From NCBI RefSeq assembly GCF_009914755.1, contig NC_060927.1: DNA of 64,000 bases, one strand, 5' to 3'. Below are positions 40,790 to 56,831 of this stretch, in pieces. Origin of the DNA: the human T2T-CHM13v2.0 reference genome, Homo sapiens. Made by a program: the position numbers and the translations under genes. The notes below the pieces were generated by a model. It ran no database searches and was not told the DNA's origin. It saw only the letters and a list, made by a program, of their open reading frames with translations. The first letter of the stretch is position 1, and the number at the start of each line of letters is the position of its first letter.

Positions 40790-41141
40790 TGTTCATCTCA
40801 CACTACATGAAAGCATGAATCAGTGAGTTCTCTTTATTTTGCCTTCTAAATATATTTCATATCTATCTACTTTACTCTATCTCTGTCATTCATGAACTCT
40901 AACCTCACACCTGGAATATTGCAATCATCTTATTGGTGATTTATCATCACTTTCACTCTACACACCTGCCAAACTTTTCTGCGCAGAGCAGGCAGTATTA
41001 CCTCTTTGAAACATAGATTGGACCATGCTTCCCTCCTTGTCTCTGACAAACCTTTACCATTCCATTGCATTTAAGAGTAAGACAAAATTCCATGCAGTCT
41101 ACAAAATCTGACATGACCTAATCTTTATTTTTCTAGTCTTG
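40790..41141 (+). mobile_element. L2, left piece (continues at 49787-49890 and 50442-50715)
   Basis: ctcacacctggaatattgcaatcatct...tccattgcatttaagagtaa...acatgacct. Confidence 0.7.
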
Positions 41142-41152
41142 TTGCTTTTCAT

Positions 41153-43170
41153 TAATAGACTTTACTCTTTTCGAGGAGTTTTATATTTACAGAGGAATTG
41201 GGCAGAAAGTATAGAGAGCTGCCATGTACCCTTGTCCCACCCATCCAATCACATAGTTTCCCATATTATTAACATCTTGCATTAGTGTGTCATATTTTAA
41301 AAATTGAACCAATAATTACATTATTATTAACAGAAGTTCACAGCTTATGTTAGGGTTCATGGTTTGGGTTACACAGTGCTATGGATTCTTGACAAATGCA
41401 TAATGTCATGATCCACACTTACAGTATTACACAGAACAGCTTCACTGCCCTGTATCTCCAGTGCTTAGCCTTTCATCTCCCTTTTCTCTCTGAATCCTGG
41501 CAACCACTAATCTGTCTACTCTCTCTATAGTTTTGCCTTTTCGAGAATATCATATGGTTAGAATCATATAATAGGTGGCTTTTTCAGACTGGCTTCTTCC
41601 AATTAGTAATATGCATTTAAATTTCCTTTGTGTATTTTTGTGACTTTTTATCATTGAATAATATTTGATTGTATGGATGTATCAAAGGTGGTTTATCCGT
41701 TTGCCTATTAAAGTACATCTGATTGCTTCCAATTTGGGACAATTATGAATATAGCTCTTATAAATGTTTCTGTACATGTTTTTGTGTGGGCATAAGTTTT
41801 CAACTTAAACTTGACTAAATGCCAAGGAGCATGATTGCTGGGATTCTATGGTAAGACCATATTTTGCTTAATAGGGCACCCCCACATTGTCTTCCAAACT
41901 GGGGGATTTTGTACCATTTTGCATTTCCATCAGCAATGAATGAGAATTCCTCATGCTCTGCAAACTGTTGGCACTTGATGTTGTAAATGTTTGGGATTTT
42001 AGCCATTTTAATAGTTACACATGGTATCATATTGTTTAAATTTGCAATTCCCTAAGGATATATAATGTTGCCCATCTTTTCATGTGCTTATTTGCCACCT
42101 GTATGTCTCCTTGGGTGAGATGTCTGTTCAGATCTTTTGCACATTTTTAAAATGTGTTGTTATTGTTGAGTTTTAATAATTCTTTTTATGTTTGGGATAA
42201 ATTCTTTATCAGATGTGTGTTTTGAGAGTATTTTATCCCAGCCTGTAGCTTATCTTTTAGTTATCTTTTGTTTAGCTTTTTGTTATCTTAACAATGTCTT
42301 TCAGAGCAGAAGTGTTTGAATTTAGTGAAACCCAAATTATCAACTGTTCTTTCCTGGATTCTACCTTTGATGTGCTATCTAAAAAGTCATCACCAAATTC
42401 AGTCACCTAGATTTTCTCTTTTGTTATCCTCTAGAAGTTTTACAGTTTTACATTTAGGTCCATGATTCATTTGACTTAATTTTTGTGAAAGTTGTAAGTT
42501 ATTTGTCTATATTTATTTTTCGATGTAGATATACAGTTGTTCCAGCACTATTTGTTGAAAAAACTATACTTTTTCCATGGAATTGCCTTTGCTTTTTTGT
42601 CAAAGACAAGCTGATTTTATTTGTGTGAGCCTGTTTCTGAACTCTCTCTGCTGTTCCACTGATCTAGTTGTCTGTTCTTTCACCAATACCATCTGTCTTG
42701 ATTACTGTACTTGTGTGGTAAACCTTGAAGTCTGATAGTGTCAGTCCTCTGACTTTGTTCTTCCCTTTCACTATTACGTTGGCTATTCTGGGACTTTTGC
42801 CTCTCCATATAAACTTTAGAATCATATTTTCCATATGCATGAATTAACTTGCTGGGATTTTGGTTGAGATGGCACTATATCTATAGATTAAGTTGGTAAG
42901 AAGTGACATATTGACAATATTGAGACTTCTTAATCATGAATATATAACAGCTTTCCATTTATTCAGATCCTCTTTGATTGCTTTGCTTAAATTTTGTAGT
43001 TTTCCACATATATATCATCTACATATTTTGTTAAATACACATATTTTGTTAATTATTTGTGTGTTAATGTGTTTTAATTTTTAAATTCCAGTCGTTCATT
43101 GCTGATAAATAAAAATCAATTGACTTGCACATATTTCCTTTTTTATCCTGCATTATTTTCTGCCTTCTCT
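41153..43170 (-). mobile_element. L1MD-like element, 3' part
   Basis: taatagacttt...attaacatcttgcattagtgtg...ttagggttca (L1MC/MD 3' UTR), then antisense ORF2. Confidence 0.88.
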
Positions 43171-43194
43171 CTGTCCTGTTCAATGTTCATGGAC

Positions 43195-44170
<976 letters not shown>

Positions 44171-44871
44171 TGTGCTCTTATGTCATACATTCTTAAAGAT
44201 CTTCAAAATCAAAACTTAATCTGGTATAAATTGCATAATTTGAAGGAATATACCTTTGCTAATTAGTTATTACACCTTTAAAAAACACATAGTAGGTCAT
44301 CTAGGTCTGGTTACACTGAAGTCCAATTTTTCCGTTCCCTTTTATTTTGTTTAGCTATTTTAAATTTCAGGGACTTTGTTTGTTTTAAGGACATGAGTAA
44401 TGTTAATGATAATATGTTACTGTTTTGAGAGGCTAGAAATATTTGGAAATGTTCAACTATTCAGTATGACTGTTATATAATATGCTATTGTTACATTTTT
44501 AAATGGGAGAAAATAAAGTTGTTAAGACATAAAATAATGCTAATAGAATCTGCTCATATCTCTAATTCCCACTGCTATCACCCTAGGTCAAGTCACTGTG
44601 GACCCTGCAATTGTTTTGCCCTCCTGTACTCCTGGCTTTTTATAACCAATTGATGTTTTAAGAGGATTAGTAAATAACATTCCTTATTCTCTCAGAAAAC
44701 AGTCATATAAGAATAAAAATGCCACTTTTTATTTGCTGATATGCTGATTGGAGATGGGGATTCGATGCCATCTTTGGTTTTAATTTTGTATTTTATGTGA
44801 CTCAATTTTTCTCCTCTCTTAGCCTATATTTCTTTTTAAAATAATTTAGTAGTTGCCCTAGAGATCGCAGT

Positions 44872-45255
44872 TGCTATGGACTGAATTATGTCGCCGAAAA
44901 ATGCATATGTTGAAACATTAACCTCTAACTTGATGGTATTTGGAGATAGATATGTGGGAGATAATTAGATTTAGATGAGGTATTGAGGGTGAAACTGTCA
45001 TGACGGGATTAGCATCTTATGAGAAGAGACACCAGAGATCTGGTTCTCTCTCTCTCTATCTCTGTCTCTCTCTCTCTCCCCCTCCTCCATGTAAACGCAG
45101 CAAGAAGGCAGCTGTCTGCAACACAGTGAGAGAGCCCCTACCAGAATTCAGTCATACTGACAACTTCTTTTTGGACTGCTAGCCTCCAGAAGAGTGAGAA
45201 AACAAATTTCTGTTGCTCAAGTCTTTTGTTATGGAAGCCCTAGCTGACAAAGACT
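44872..45255 (+). mobile_element. MLT1A-like MaLR LTR inserted in the L1MD
   Basis: tgctatggactgaat...gtatttggagat...agcaagaaggcagctgtctgcaa...agcctccagaa; degenerate TSD gcagt/tcaat. Confidence 0.88.
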
Positions 45256-45304
45256 TCAATATATATTTATAACTAATGTAAGTCCACTTTCAATTAACAC
45301 TATG

Positions 45305-46636
45305 TATATATATTTTTTTCTTTTTCAACTTTTATTTTAGAATCAGGGGTTTTATGTGCAGGTTTGTTACAAAGGTATATTGCATGATGCTAAGGTTTAG
45401 GATGTGATTGAACCTGTCACCCAAATGGGGAGCACAGTGCCCAATAGGTAATTTTTTAGCCGTTGTTCCCTCTCTCTTTGCCCTCTCTACTAGACCCCAG
45501 TATCTTTGTTTCCATCTTTATCTCCATATATACCCAATGTTTAGCTGCCACTTATGAGTGAGAATATGTAGTATCTGACTGTCTGCATTAGTTTGCTTGG
45601 GATAATGGCCTCAAGATGCATTCATGTTGCTGCAAAGGGCATGATTTTGTTCTTTTTTATGGCTGCATAGTACTCCACAGTGTATATGTACCACATTTTC
45701 TTTATTCAATCCACTGTTCATGGGCATTTGGCTTCATTTTATGTTTTTGCTATTGTTAATAGTGCTCTGATGAACATACAAGTGCATGTGTCCTTTTAGT
45801 AGAACAATTTATTTTCCTTTTGGTATATATTCAGCCACGGAACTCCTGGGTCAACTGATAGTTCAACTCTTAGTTCTTTGAGAAATCTCCAAACTACTAT
45901 CCACAGTGGCTGGACTAATTTACATCCCCACCAACAATATATAAATATTTCCTTTCCTTTACAACCTCACCAGCATCTGTGTTTTTGTTTGTTTGTTTTT
46001 ACTTTTTAACAAAAGCCTTTCTGACTGGTGTGAGATGGTATCTCATTGTGGTTTTCATTTACATTTCTCTGATAATTAGTGATAATGAGCACTTTTCATA
46101 TGTTTTGTTGGAACTTGTATGTCTTCTTTTGAAAAGTATCTGCTCATATTTTTTGATGACTCTTTAATGGGGTTATTGAATTTTTCTTGTTGATTTGTTA
46201 ATTTCCTTGTAGATTCTGAATATTAGACCTTTGTAAGATGCATAGTATGTGAATATTTTCTTCCATTCTATAGGCTGTTTACTCTATTCATAGTTTCTCT
46301 TGCTGTGCAGAAGCTCTTTAGTTTAATTAGTTCCCACCTATCAATTTTTGTTTTTGTTGCAATTACTTTTGAGGAGTTACCCATAAATTCTTTGCCAACG
46401 CGGATTTGGAGAAGAGTGTTTCCTAGTTTTCCTTCTAATATTTTTACAGTTTGAGGTCTTACATTTAAATTTATATATGGCAATAGGTAAGGGTCCAGTT
46501 TCAAACTTCTACAATATGGCTAGCCAGCTATCCCATCACCATTTATTGATTCTATTCCCCATTTCTTATTTTTGTCAAGTTTTTCAAAGATCAGGTGGTT
46601 GTAGCGGTGCTGTTTCATTTCTGGGTTATCTGTCCT
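45305..46636 (-). mobile_element. L1PA15/16-like element, non-inverted 3' segment
   Basis: caacttttattttag...gtgcaggtttgttacaaaggtatattgcatgatgct; ORF2 fragments (ORF 46268-46504). Confidence 0.9.
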
Positions 46637-47224
46637 CCTAGAACTGATAAATGACTTCAGTAAATTTTCAGGATATAAAATGAATATACAAAATTCAGTA
46701 GCATTTCTATACACCAAAAACATTCAAGCTGAGAACCAAATAAAGAGTGCAATTCCATTCAAACCAGCAACGATGTATCAAATAAAAAGAAAAAATATGC
46801 AATTCCAGTTACAATTGCTACAAAAAGAATAAAATACCTAGGAATACAATTAACCACTGAGGTGAAAAATCTCTACGAGGAGAACTACAAGACACTGCTA
46901 AAAGAAATCAGAGACGACACAAATAAGTGGAAAAACATCCCATGCTCATGGATTGGAATAATCAATCTCATTAAAATGGCTATATTGCCCACAGCAATTT
47001 ACAGATTCAACACTATTCCTATCAAACTACCAACATCATGGAACTGGAAAAAAAAACTACTCTAAAATCAGTATGGAACCAAAAAAGATCCCAAATAGCC
47101 AAAGCAATCCTAAGCAAAAAGAACAAAGCCAGAGACATCACATTATTGGACTTCAAACTATACTATAAGGCAGCAGTAACCAAAACAGCATGGTACACAA
47201 ACAGACACATAGACCAATGGAATA
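46635..47224 (+). mobile_element. Same L1: inverted ORF2 segment
   Basis: ORFs ...[26 protein letters not shown]... and ...[11 protein letters not shown]...; ends at gaccaatggaa. Confidence 0.9.
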
Positions 47225-47410
47225 CTATAGTTTTTCATGTGTACTGCATGTGCCTCTAAAGGACAGTTTCCAGTTCCTCCCTCCTATACCTTAAATATTG
47301 CTGTCATTCACTTTACTTACATAAGCTATCAATCATTACCCTGTATGTTGTTGCTGTTATTACTTTGAACAAACTGTCATCTTTTAGATCAATTAAGAAT
47401 AAAAAAAAAT

Positions 47411-47718
47411 AGCTGGGCATGGTAGCTCATGCCTGTATCCCAGCACATTGGGTGGCTGAGGCGGGCAGATAATTTGAGGTCAGGAGTTCAAGACCAGCCA
47501 GACCAATATGATGAAACCCAATCTCTACTAAAAATACAAAAATTAGCCAGGCGTGGTGGCATGCACCTGTAATCCCAGCTACCTGGGAGGCTGAGACGGG
47601 AGAATCACTTGAACCCAGGAGATGGAGGTTGCAGTCAGCTGAGATTGCACTCCTCCAGCCTGGGCATGAAGGCGAAATTCCGTCTCAAAAATAAAATAAA
47701 ATAAATAAATAAATAAAT
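47411..47718 (+). mobile_element. AluS (Sx/Sq/Sp-like)
   Basis: Full dimer, gaggtcaggagttcaagaccagcc, (AAAT)n tail. Confidence 0.95.
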
Positions 47719-47953
47719 CAAAAATTCCTTCCCTAATGCTCCTCCTGTTTGTAGACTCATATTTCTGACACATCATTTTCCTTATTTCTGCAGAACTTCT
47801 TTTATCAGTTCTTAAAAGGTAAGTCCACTGGTAACAATTTCCTCAATTTTGTTTGTCTGAAAAAGTACTTCAATTTTATTTGTGAAGGATCATTTGACTG
47901 TATGCAGAATTATCATTTGGTGTTTTGTTGCAGTAGGTGTTGTTCTTTTCTTT

Positions 47954-48045
47954 TTTTTTTTAATTTTATTTTACTTTATGTTCCGGGATACATGTGCAGA
48001 ACATGCAGGTTTGTTACATGGGTAAACATGTGCCATGGTGGTTTG
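47954..48045 (-). mobile_element. ~90-bp L1PA 3'-terminal insertion
   Basis: L1PA terminal 3' UTR. 15-bp TSD gttgttcttttcttt (47939-47953) / gtttttcttttcttt (48046-48060). Confidence 0.88.
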
Positions 48046-49890
48046 GTTTTTCTTTTCTTTCCATACTGCAAATATGTTACTCCACTCACTTTTGATGTCA
48101 CGGTTTCTAAAGAATAGTCCAATGTAATTCTTGTCCTTGTTCCTCTATAGGCAACATTTTTATAACTTGCTTCTTTAAAACTTTTCTCTTTGTCTTTGAA
48201 TGTTGGTAGTTTGAATATGACATGTCTAGGTATAGATTTTTTTTTTTTTTTTGGTGTGTTTTGGTATTTATCTTGATTGGTGTTATCTGAGGATCTATAC
48301 TTCGCTTGCTTCTATTAATTTTGGAAAATTCTCGGGCATTATTTCTTCAAATATTTCCTCTATTTTTTTCTTCCCCTTCTAGTATTCTCATTGTGCATAT
48401 GTTACACCTTTTGTAATCATCTCGCAGTTCTTGAATATTAAGCTCTATTTTTCTCTTTAATTTATTTTTAGTTTGCTAAGTTTCCATTGACATAAACTCA
48501 AACTCACTGAATCTTTTCCTTGGCTGTGTTCAATCTATGGATCAAAATTAAAGGCATTCTTCATTTCTGTAGCATTGCTTTTGATTTTTTTTCTTAAAAG
48601 TTTCTACCAATATGCTTACCCAAGTGTTCTTACAGGCTGTCCACTTTTCCCATTAGAACCTTCAGCATATTAATTATAGTTATTTTAATTCCAAGTCTGA
48701 TTATTTCCACAGTCTGTACTATATCTGAATCCGGTTATGGTGTTTGCTCCATCTCTTCAGACTGTGTTATTTGCCTGTTAGCATGCCTTGCAAGACTTTT
48801 GAATGTCAGACATGATGTATTGGGGAAAAGGGCTACTGAGTGAGGTTTACTTTTATCTGGCCACTAGTTAGACTACATTTAGTAGTTAGACAGGTGTATT
48901 GTTATTATACCTGTAGATGTTAGAATCTAAAATTTCCTCTGTGTCCTTGCTTTTGCCTCCCCTGTTATCTTTATGTTTTCCTAGAGACTTTCTCTGAACT
49001 GGAGCCTGAGTTTCTGCTTTTCTTCAGCTGTAATCCTGTTATTATCCAGAAGCCTTGTTAATGGGGTAGTGCAGTGTGGGGAGGAAAGCCACTCCATATT
49101 CCTGTAATCAGGCATTGGTTTTTTAGTGGGCTGTACCTCTTCAAGGTGCTTCTCACATCTCTTCCTCCCCTTCCCTGCTTAAGTGTAATAGGAATGTCCA
49201 AAGGTCCTGGAGTTAGGCATTTCCATTTTTCTGTGTCAGTAAGGCTCTAGCTCATGGTTGTTGGCTCTAGTAGTATTTTTTTCTATGACACAAGCCTTTG
49301 CTAATTGAGAATATAATGCTCTGGATGTATTTCAAATGGTAAATTTTCCCCTCCTCCTGCCAAAAACAAGAGGGGATTTTTGTGCAGTCATCATCCTGAG
49401 AAGCTGGTGAGGGCTTTTAAAGGTAAAACTCATGAAAATGTGGGACTTTTAGAAGTAATACTCACAAAAAAGTGTGGAGGTTCCCCTAAGGATGACCCCC
49501 CCATGAGATTTTCTCTATCAATTAGTCCATACCTATTGTTTAGCAATAAGTCAATTAAGCTTTGTGTGTTCCTGCCAGAAGAGAGCTATAGTTTTTGCTT
49601 CTGGTAAATTTTATCCTTATTTTCTTGTCTTTCCTATTTTTGAATTGATAGTTTGTCTTGTGATCTCAACTTTCCATGGATCTTAGAAGAAGTGTGATTT
49701 GCCAGTTTGTTCAAGGACAGGAGAGATGACTTATGAGCTGTTTACATGTTTAACTAGAAACCTAAAGTCAGACACTTGCTTTTCATGAGTCTTTTTAGTC
49801 TATCCTCTCTAACAACACTGGACTTCCTCCAGCCATTTGAATATGCCATTGTTTCTCTTGTCCCAGTACCTTTGGATATACCACTCTCCC

Positions 49891-50441
49891 TGACAGAGCA
49901 GGAGCACCTTCATCTTGGACAACCACCACCATTTTAAGTTCCAGCTCCCTTTCTAACCTCATAAATTTAAAGGAAATCACTTCTATTCAAACAACAAGCA
50001 GTCAGAAAGAGCAGACAGTAAAACATAGCTAAGAGAGCTCCGGCACAGAGGGAGGTGGGAAAGTCTCTTGGGTAACCACCAAACTTCACACTCATACAAT
50101 GGGCCCCAATAAAACAGTGTCCCTAGTAAGCACATTCCTTCCCCTTTAAGTGCACTAAGGTAGGGAAGATAAGGTAGACTCTCTGGGTATACCTGCAGCT
50201 GCAGGAAGATGTATGGCAACAGATACAAAACTCTTCCTCCCAGATAAGCAAGACAAGGAGACAAACATTCTGAGCCTATGATAAGCTCTCCCACCCTGAA
50301 CCCTTAAATACTCTTAGTCTGTAAGAGAGAGTGCTCCTGACCTAACTTGGCCAAAAGCCCCTCTCGGGTTTTTCCTCCAAAATAAACCTGTCTTCGACTG
50401 TTGAGCTGCTTTTCGTGTTTCTTCCTTCTTCAACTTTTACA
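49891..50441 (+). mobile_element. ERV1 solo LTR (MER83/MER84-like)
   Basis: tgacagagcaggagcacc...AATAAA near the 3' end...ttttaca; TG..CA termini; flanks ctccc/ctacc inside the L2. Confidence 0.85.
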
Positions 50442-52897
50442 CTACCCTGCTTGGAATGTTCTTCCTTGAAGCATTAACTTTAACCTCTCTGACTAGGCTG
50501 AATTGTGCATATTATGTATTATTGGCAAAATATAACTTGCTTTGATAGTATTTGTGGTCATTTTATCTTCTGTGTGTGTATGTCACAATATGCCAGTTAC
50601 TTGATTTATATTTATTTCTCCTCTCTACTTATTCATGACAGAAACTGCATGTGATTTTACTCAGAACTATATACCTGAGAGAGTAACTGTCACATGGTAG
50701 GCATGAACTGATTTTTAGCAAACGAGCCCTTCTCTTCAGCTTCCTTTTTCTCAGTTAAGAACTATAAATGTCTGCATTTAAAACTATGGAATTCTTAGCA
50801 TCCTTATCAATGGTTACTCTATTTCAGTGCAAGAGAGCTTAATGTGTGCACTTCAGGGAAGCTCCCCACATACCCATGCCAATCAAACCAAATAGCCTTG
50901 AAACCATGGAGCTCAGGAATAATTCCATCACCTCAGTTTTAGGCAGTCAATAATTGGGATAATTTTTTTCCAAGTTGAATATAGGTGCAGTGTGACCTCC
51001 CTTTAAAAGGTTAATGGAGTTTTGCTTTCTTACTGAAACATCAATAATTTGGGATATATTTTATTTGTAGATTTAATGCATTAACATTCCATTCCTATTT
51101 CAATATGAGTATGCATGTTTTTTTTTTCTATGTGAGTGTAGATTTTTTTTCCCTTGAGCATTTTTGAGAGTTGAAAACATTTCCTATTCCTTATATGATG
51201 AAGTCTTAAATAGCAATGATTTGGAGAGTTATTAAGTATAAAAAGGATTAACATCAATCAGGCTTAATATATGCAATTGAGTAACCATTCTCAATCTCTT
51301 ATTTAGTATAGTATAAAGGAAACATCTCTGAAGTGAAACACTTAGTATGTACATAACTTTAGGAGATGTACTTCCTTATTAGTGTAGGAAAGACATTTTT
51401 CAGCAAAATTTAGTAATGGACATACTTCCAAGATACTTACTGTTTCTATCGGCTCTTAAAAGCTTGATGCTGCAGGATCAAATGGTGTCTAATATTATGT
51501 ATGAGTCAAATAATTTGTGATATTTTTTCTTACATTCTTTGTGGGAATTGGGCGGAGATTTATTTGGTGAGCCTAAAAATGAGGGTTAGTGATTAACTAT
51601 GAGCTCAAGAAATAGGTCCATAATTCCCTTCTTCTGTTTTCTCTCTCTCTTAGCCTCTAGAACATTAGACATTTGTTAACAGAGTTATAACTAAACTATC
51701 TTCTTAGATCTTATTTCTTACTCACTTTAGGTATTATGAAAAAAGGGTTAAACCTATTATAAAATGTCATAGTATGAAATGTAGAATAATGTTCTGATGA
51801 CTGGTGATCAGATGTCATCCTAAATTAGCAGATGGGCTTAGATTCTTTTTTCCTATTCATATTCTAAAACCTTTTGTGCTGACTATCTTGTGACAATGCT
51901 GCTTATATCTTACTTATACCAATAATATAAAATCAGTTAGTTGAAAAATCATCACCTCTTGTTGCGATTTTAACAGATTGTGGCAGTAGGTTGGGGATAT
52001 TTCCATCTCTGCTTTTTATCGAGTGAGCAGATTATGACTACAGCAAAAGTCTGAAGCGTTTTTTAATCTTTTCAGCAAAATGGAGGTTGTAGAAAGGGCT
52101 CAATGTCTGGTGCTTTTTGCTTTGGTGTGAAACTCTAAACCTGGCTTCTTTTGTGGGTCACTGCAGCTATTTATGCAATTTTATTAACCATAATGATACT
52201 TTGTTCTTGCACTGTCTCTTTCATCTGAACATCTCCAAATATTTTACAGACAGAAGTTTTTAAATTTTATAAGAAATATTTTATTATAAAGCTTGTGATT
52301 CCATATTCATTCTAAAGTCATTATAACTACAGGAAAGGGTGGAAAGAAGAGTTCAGGGGAGAGGTCTCTGTGATGCACCCAAATCAGAAAATTCTCAAAC
52401 TCTGAGGGTCCCTTGAATTCACTGTCAATGTCTTGTATCACTTTCCACTCACATCTATTTTTCCCAGTCTTCTTTTTTCTTTTCCTTTCCTTGCAGATGT
52501 GAAATACATGTACAAAATAAATGCAATAAATAAATAAATCAGATAAATTTCAAATAACCACTACTAATTAAATGTGATAGATAATCTTGTTTGACTGAAA
52601 CAAAATTTCAAGGTTAATAAGAGGAATATAGAAATTTAGGTCTATTTTGGTACTTATTTCTGTGTTGTTTTTTTCTTGGACAAAACTAATGCTTATCTTT
52701 ATAAGGTGTTATATAAAACATGAATAGCATTAGCTAAATTTAGGGTATTCAAATTCATCTTTAACCCAAATTCTGTTATTGATCAGTGCTCAAGTGCTGC
52801 TTTTAACATACATACATACATACATATGTATGTACACACAAAGGTCTTGTTTAATTGAAGGTAATGGTAGTGTTACAGTACTATTAAAATCCAAATT

Positions 52898-53227
<330 letters not shown>

Positions 53228-53418
53228 TCATTATCTCTATTGCTATTTGAATATAGAACTGACATCTATGGGGCAGGTTATTAAGCATTCAGTATGCCTG
53301 TGCTATTGTGATTTACTCATTTTTCCTATCACATTTTTTTCTTTTTCAAATTACAACGGCACAAGACTATCGTAAACACAAATGCAAAGCTAGGCATACC
53401 GGAAGTGGCCATCTAGAC

Positions 53419-53637
53419 CAGGGGTCGACAACCTTTCTCTGTTAAGAGCCATATAGTGAATATTTTAGGTTTTGAGGGTTACATGGCTTCCATCATAACT
53501 ACTAAACTGTGCCATGGTAGCACAAAAGCAGCCATAGATAAGGTATAAAAATGTGTGCCTGTGTTCCTCTTAAACTTTATTGACAAAACAGTCAGCAGGC
53601 CAAATTTGACCTATGGGCTGTAGTTTGTGGACCTCTG
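53419..53637 (+). mobile_element. MER58A hAT-Charlie
   Basis: caggggtcgacaac...gtttgtggacctctg TIRs; 8-bp TSD atctagac/atttagat. Confidence 0.9.
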
Positions 53638-53645
53638 ATTTAGAT

Positions 53646-53860
53646 ATTGTGCTGTTCAACATGGTAGCCATTAGACACATGTGACTATTGACACTGAATT
53701 TAAGTGCAATTAAAAATTTTTGTTCCTCAGTTGCATTACCATATTAAAATGTTTGAGAACCACATATGGCTAGTGACTACCATATTGAAACAATGCATAT
53801 AGGTAGTATTTCTATATGGAATATTTTTACATTCACAGAAATTTTTATTAGACCACAATG
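53646..53860. mobile_element. MER33/MER3-like hAT-Charlie
   Basis: gtgctgttcaacatggtagccattagacacatgtgactatt...ccacatatggctagtgactaccatattg. Confidence 0.8.
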
Positions 53861-54029
53861 ATAAAGAATTCTTTATATGGTTGTCTCTTGTTATTATTGA
53901 ACTAAAGACAGGAAATATTAAAATAAAGTCTAGGAGAATTCATAAACTCCTAAAACTCATTCCTAAACCTCCCAGAGGCAACAGAATTTTGATTTTTAGA
54001 AACATCTTAAAGAGTTAAGTGAGTTAAGA

Positions 54030-54460
54030 TTCTTGGCTCTGGTCTTTTCATCTTAGGAAAGTCTGTGTCTCTGTCACCCTATCTGTTATATGGGAATAAT
54101 AATACCTGCCCAATTCAGCATAAAGTGGTTGTGAGGAGGGATGCATGTTTTGAGGCAACTGATAAATAGTATAGGAAGAAGTAGGAGCACATGGCAACAT
54201 GAATATGTTTGGGGAGGCAAATTAGTGTGATGATTTGGATTACGGGAATTCAAATCCTACTTTTGCTTTTTTTTCCGTGTAAACTTTAGCCAGATCCTTA
54301 ATTTTGCAAAGCCATTATTTGCTTATCAGCAAAAGAAAAATATAAATATTAATCCCCTAGGATTATTGTGAACATCAAATAAGATAATGTAATCAAAGCT
54401 GCTTAACACGGTACCTGGTTCATAATAAGCCCTCAAATGACAGGAATTACTGTTGCTATG
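54030..54460 (+). mobile_element. Two MIR fragments
   Basis: atctgttatatgggaataataatacctgcc; ggattattgtgaacatcaaataagataatgta...cctggttcataataagccctcaa. Confidence 0.65.
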
Positions 54461-55009
54461 CTGAGGAAGGCAGGAGAAAGTATCACAACATTAGGCATAA
54501 AGACTTCCTGACACAGCAGAACAATTCAAGTGTAGAAACACATTCCAAAACTAAAATAATAATAATAAAATAGGAAAGAAAGATAGACTAGAAGCCTGAG
54601 AGAAAAACAAGAAGGGAAGAAAATAGGATTTTTAGTATATACTCACTGGAAGCAATGCATACATGTCTGAAGCCTCATATTGTGCCGACTTGAGGAAGTT
54701 ATAGAAATTGATATAATGAAAGTCTTTTCTAAAGTAAAATATACAAAAGCCAGTTCAGTGAGATATTATTTCTGGAAATGCCTTTATTTACTAAGTGCTA
54801 GCCAAACATAATGGATTATTATAGCTTTCTTCTCTCTATATAGCTACTGTTGACGCCCTCCAAAGACCTTCAGAAGAAAGGAGATGGCTGATTTCTTGGT
54901 TATAACAACTCATCTATCCAGGCCCCTGCATTCCATGAATTGGGTAGACACAGAAGTCTGTGGGACGAATTCATAAATGGAGTACAGCTGCCCCTAGCTC
55001 TCTGCTAGT

Positions 55010-55119
55010 CATCCAATGGCTGTTTCCACTATTCCAGGACTGAGCGATTACCTGGAACTTGAGACTCTCAGTGCTTAAATTAGACAGTCCTGAGTAAACT
55101 TGCATAGTTGGTGTCCCTA
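55010..55119. mobile_element. MER81/MER94-like hAT-Blackjack MITE
   Basis: ccaggactgagcg...gagactctcagtgcttaaa...gacagtcctgagtaaact...gttggtgtcccta. Confidence 0.55.
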
Positions 55120-55284
55120 GAAGCTATCAGGTGTCTAGAAGGAAGGATTGGATTAAGCACTAGGTAACCAGGGGTAATTAACATTAATGCTTCTCTAGGT
55201 CTACCCCTTTCTCCCCAGTATGTGACGAGAACACGCTAGTAAGCGTGAGAGATCTGTAAACACTAGTTCAAGAATTCTGACCTC

Positions 55285-55629
<345 letters not shown>

Positions 55630-56103
55630 CTAATTGATTAGTTCTTCACAGAATTCTACCATCCCTGGGTATTAAATTTAGAAGAAACTTTAGGGGTCTA
55701 GCCCTGTAATGTTAAAACCTTAAAAAAAAAAAAAAAGCCATTTTTTTTTCTTCAAACAAAATCTCAGTTTAGGAATGTTTTTGGGAAAAGATAAAGGTGG
55801 GTGGTGGGCTAAAGTTCCCGAATTTTATCTATTCTTGTCTGTCCTACTGTTTTCATTCCCTTCAGAATGTGTTTTCAGAAATCATAAGAGTTTCCAAGGG
55901 CAGAGCTAAAAAACACGGATCTAATCCAGTTTCATCATGCTTTAAAGGGAAAACTGAGACCTTAAGACATCACTCAGTGCTTAAGTTTTGGCAGCTTAGG
56001 ACTTGTTTATTGAGAAACATAGAATCAAAATTTTTGCTGAGGGTGCTGGTTCTTCACTTTACACATTGGGATCACCTGGGATGCTTTGAAAAATAGGGGT
56101 CTT

Positions 56104-56831
<728 letters not shown>

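Larger units (their letters stand above)
44766..49769 (-). mobile_element. L1MD-like element, 5' part (host of MLT1A, inverted L1PA, AluS and a short L1PA)
   Basis: Antisense ORF2 5'/ORF1/5' UTR sequence between the inserts. Ends in an L1M 5'-terminal motif (gacttatgagctgtttacatg...agaaacctaaagtc). Confidence 0.8.
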
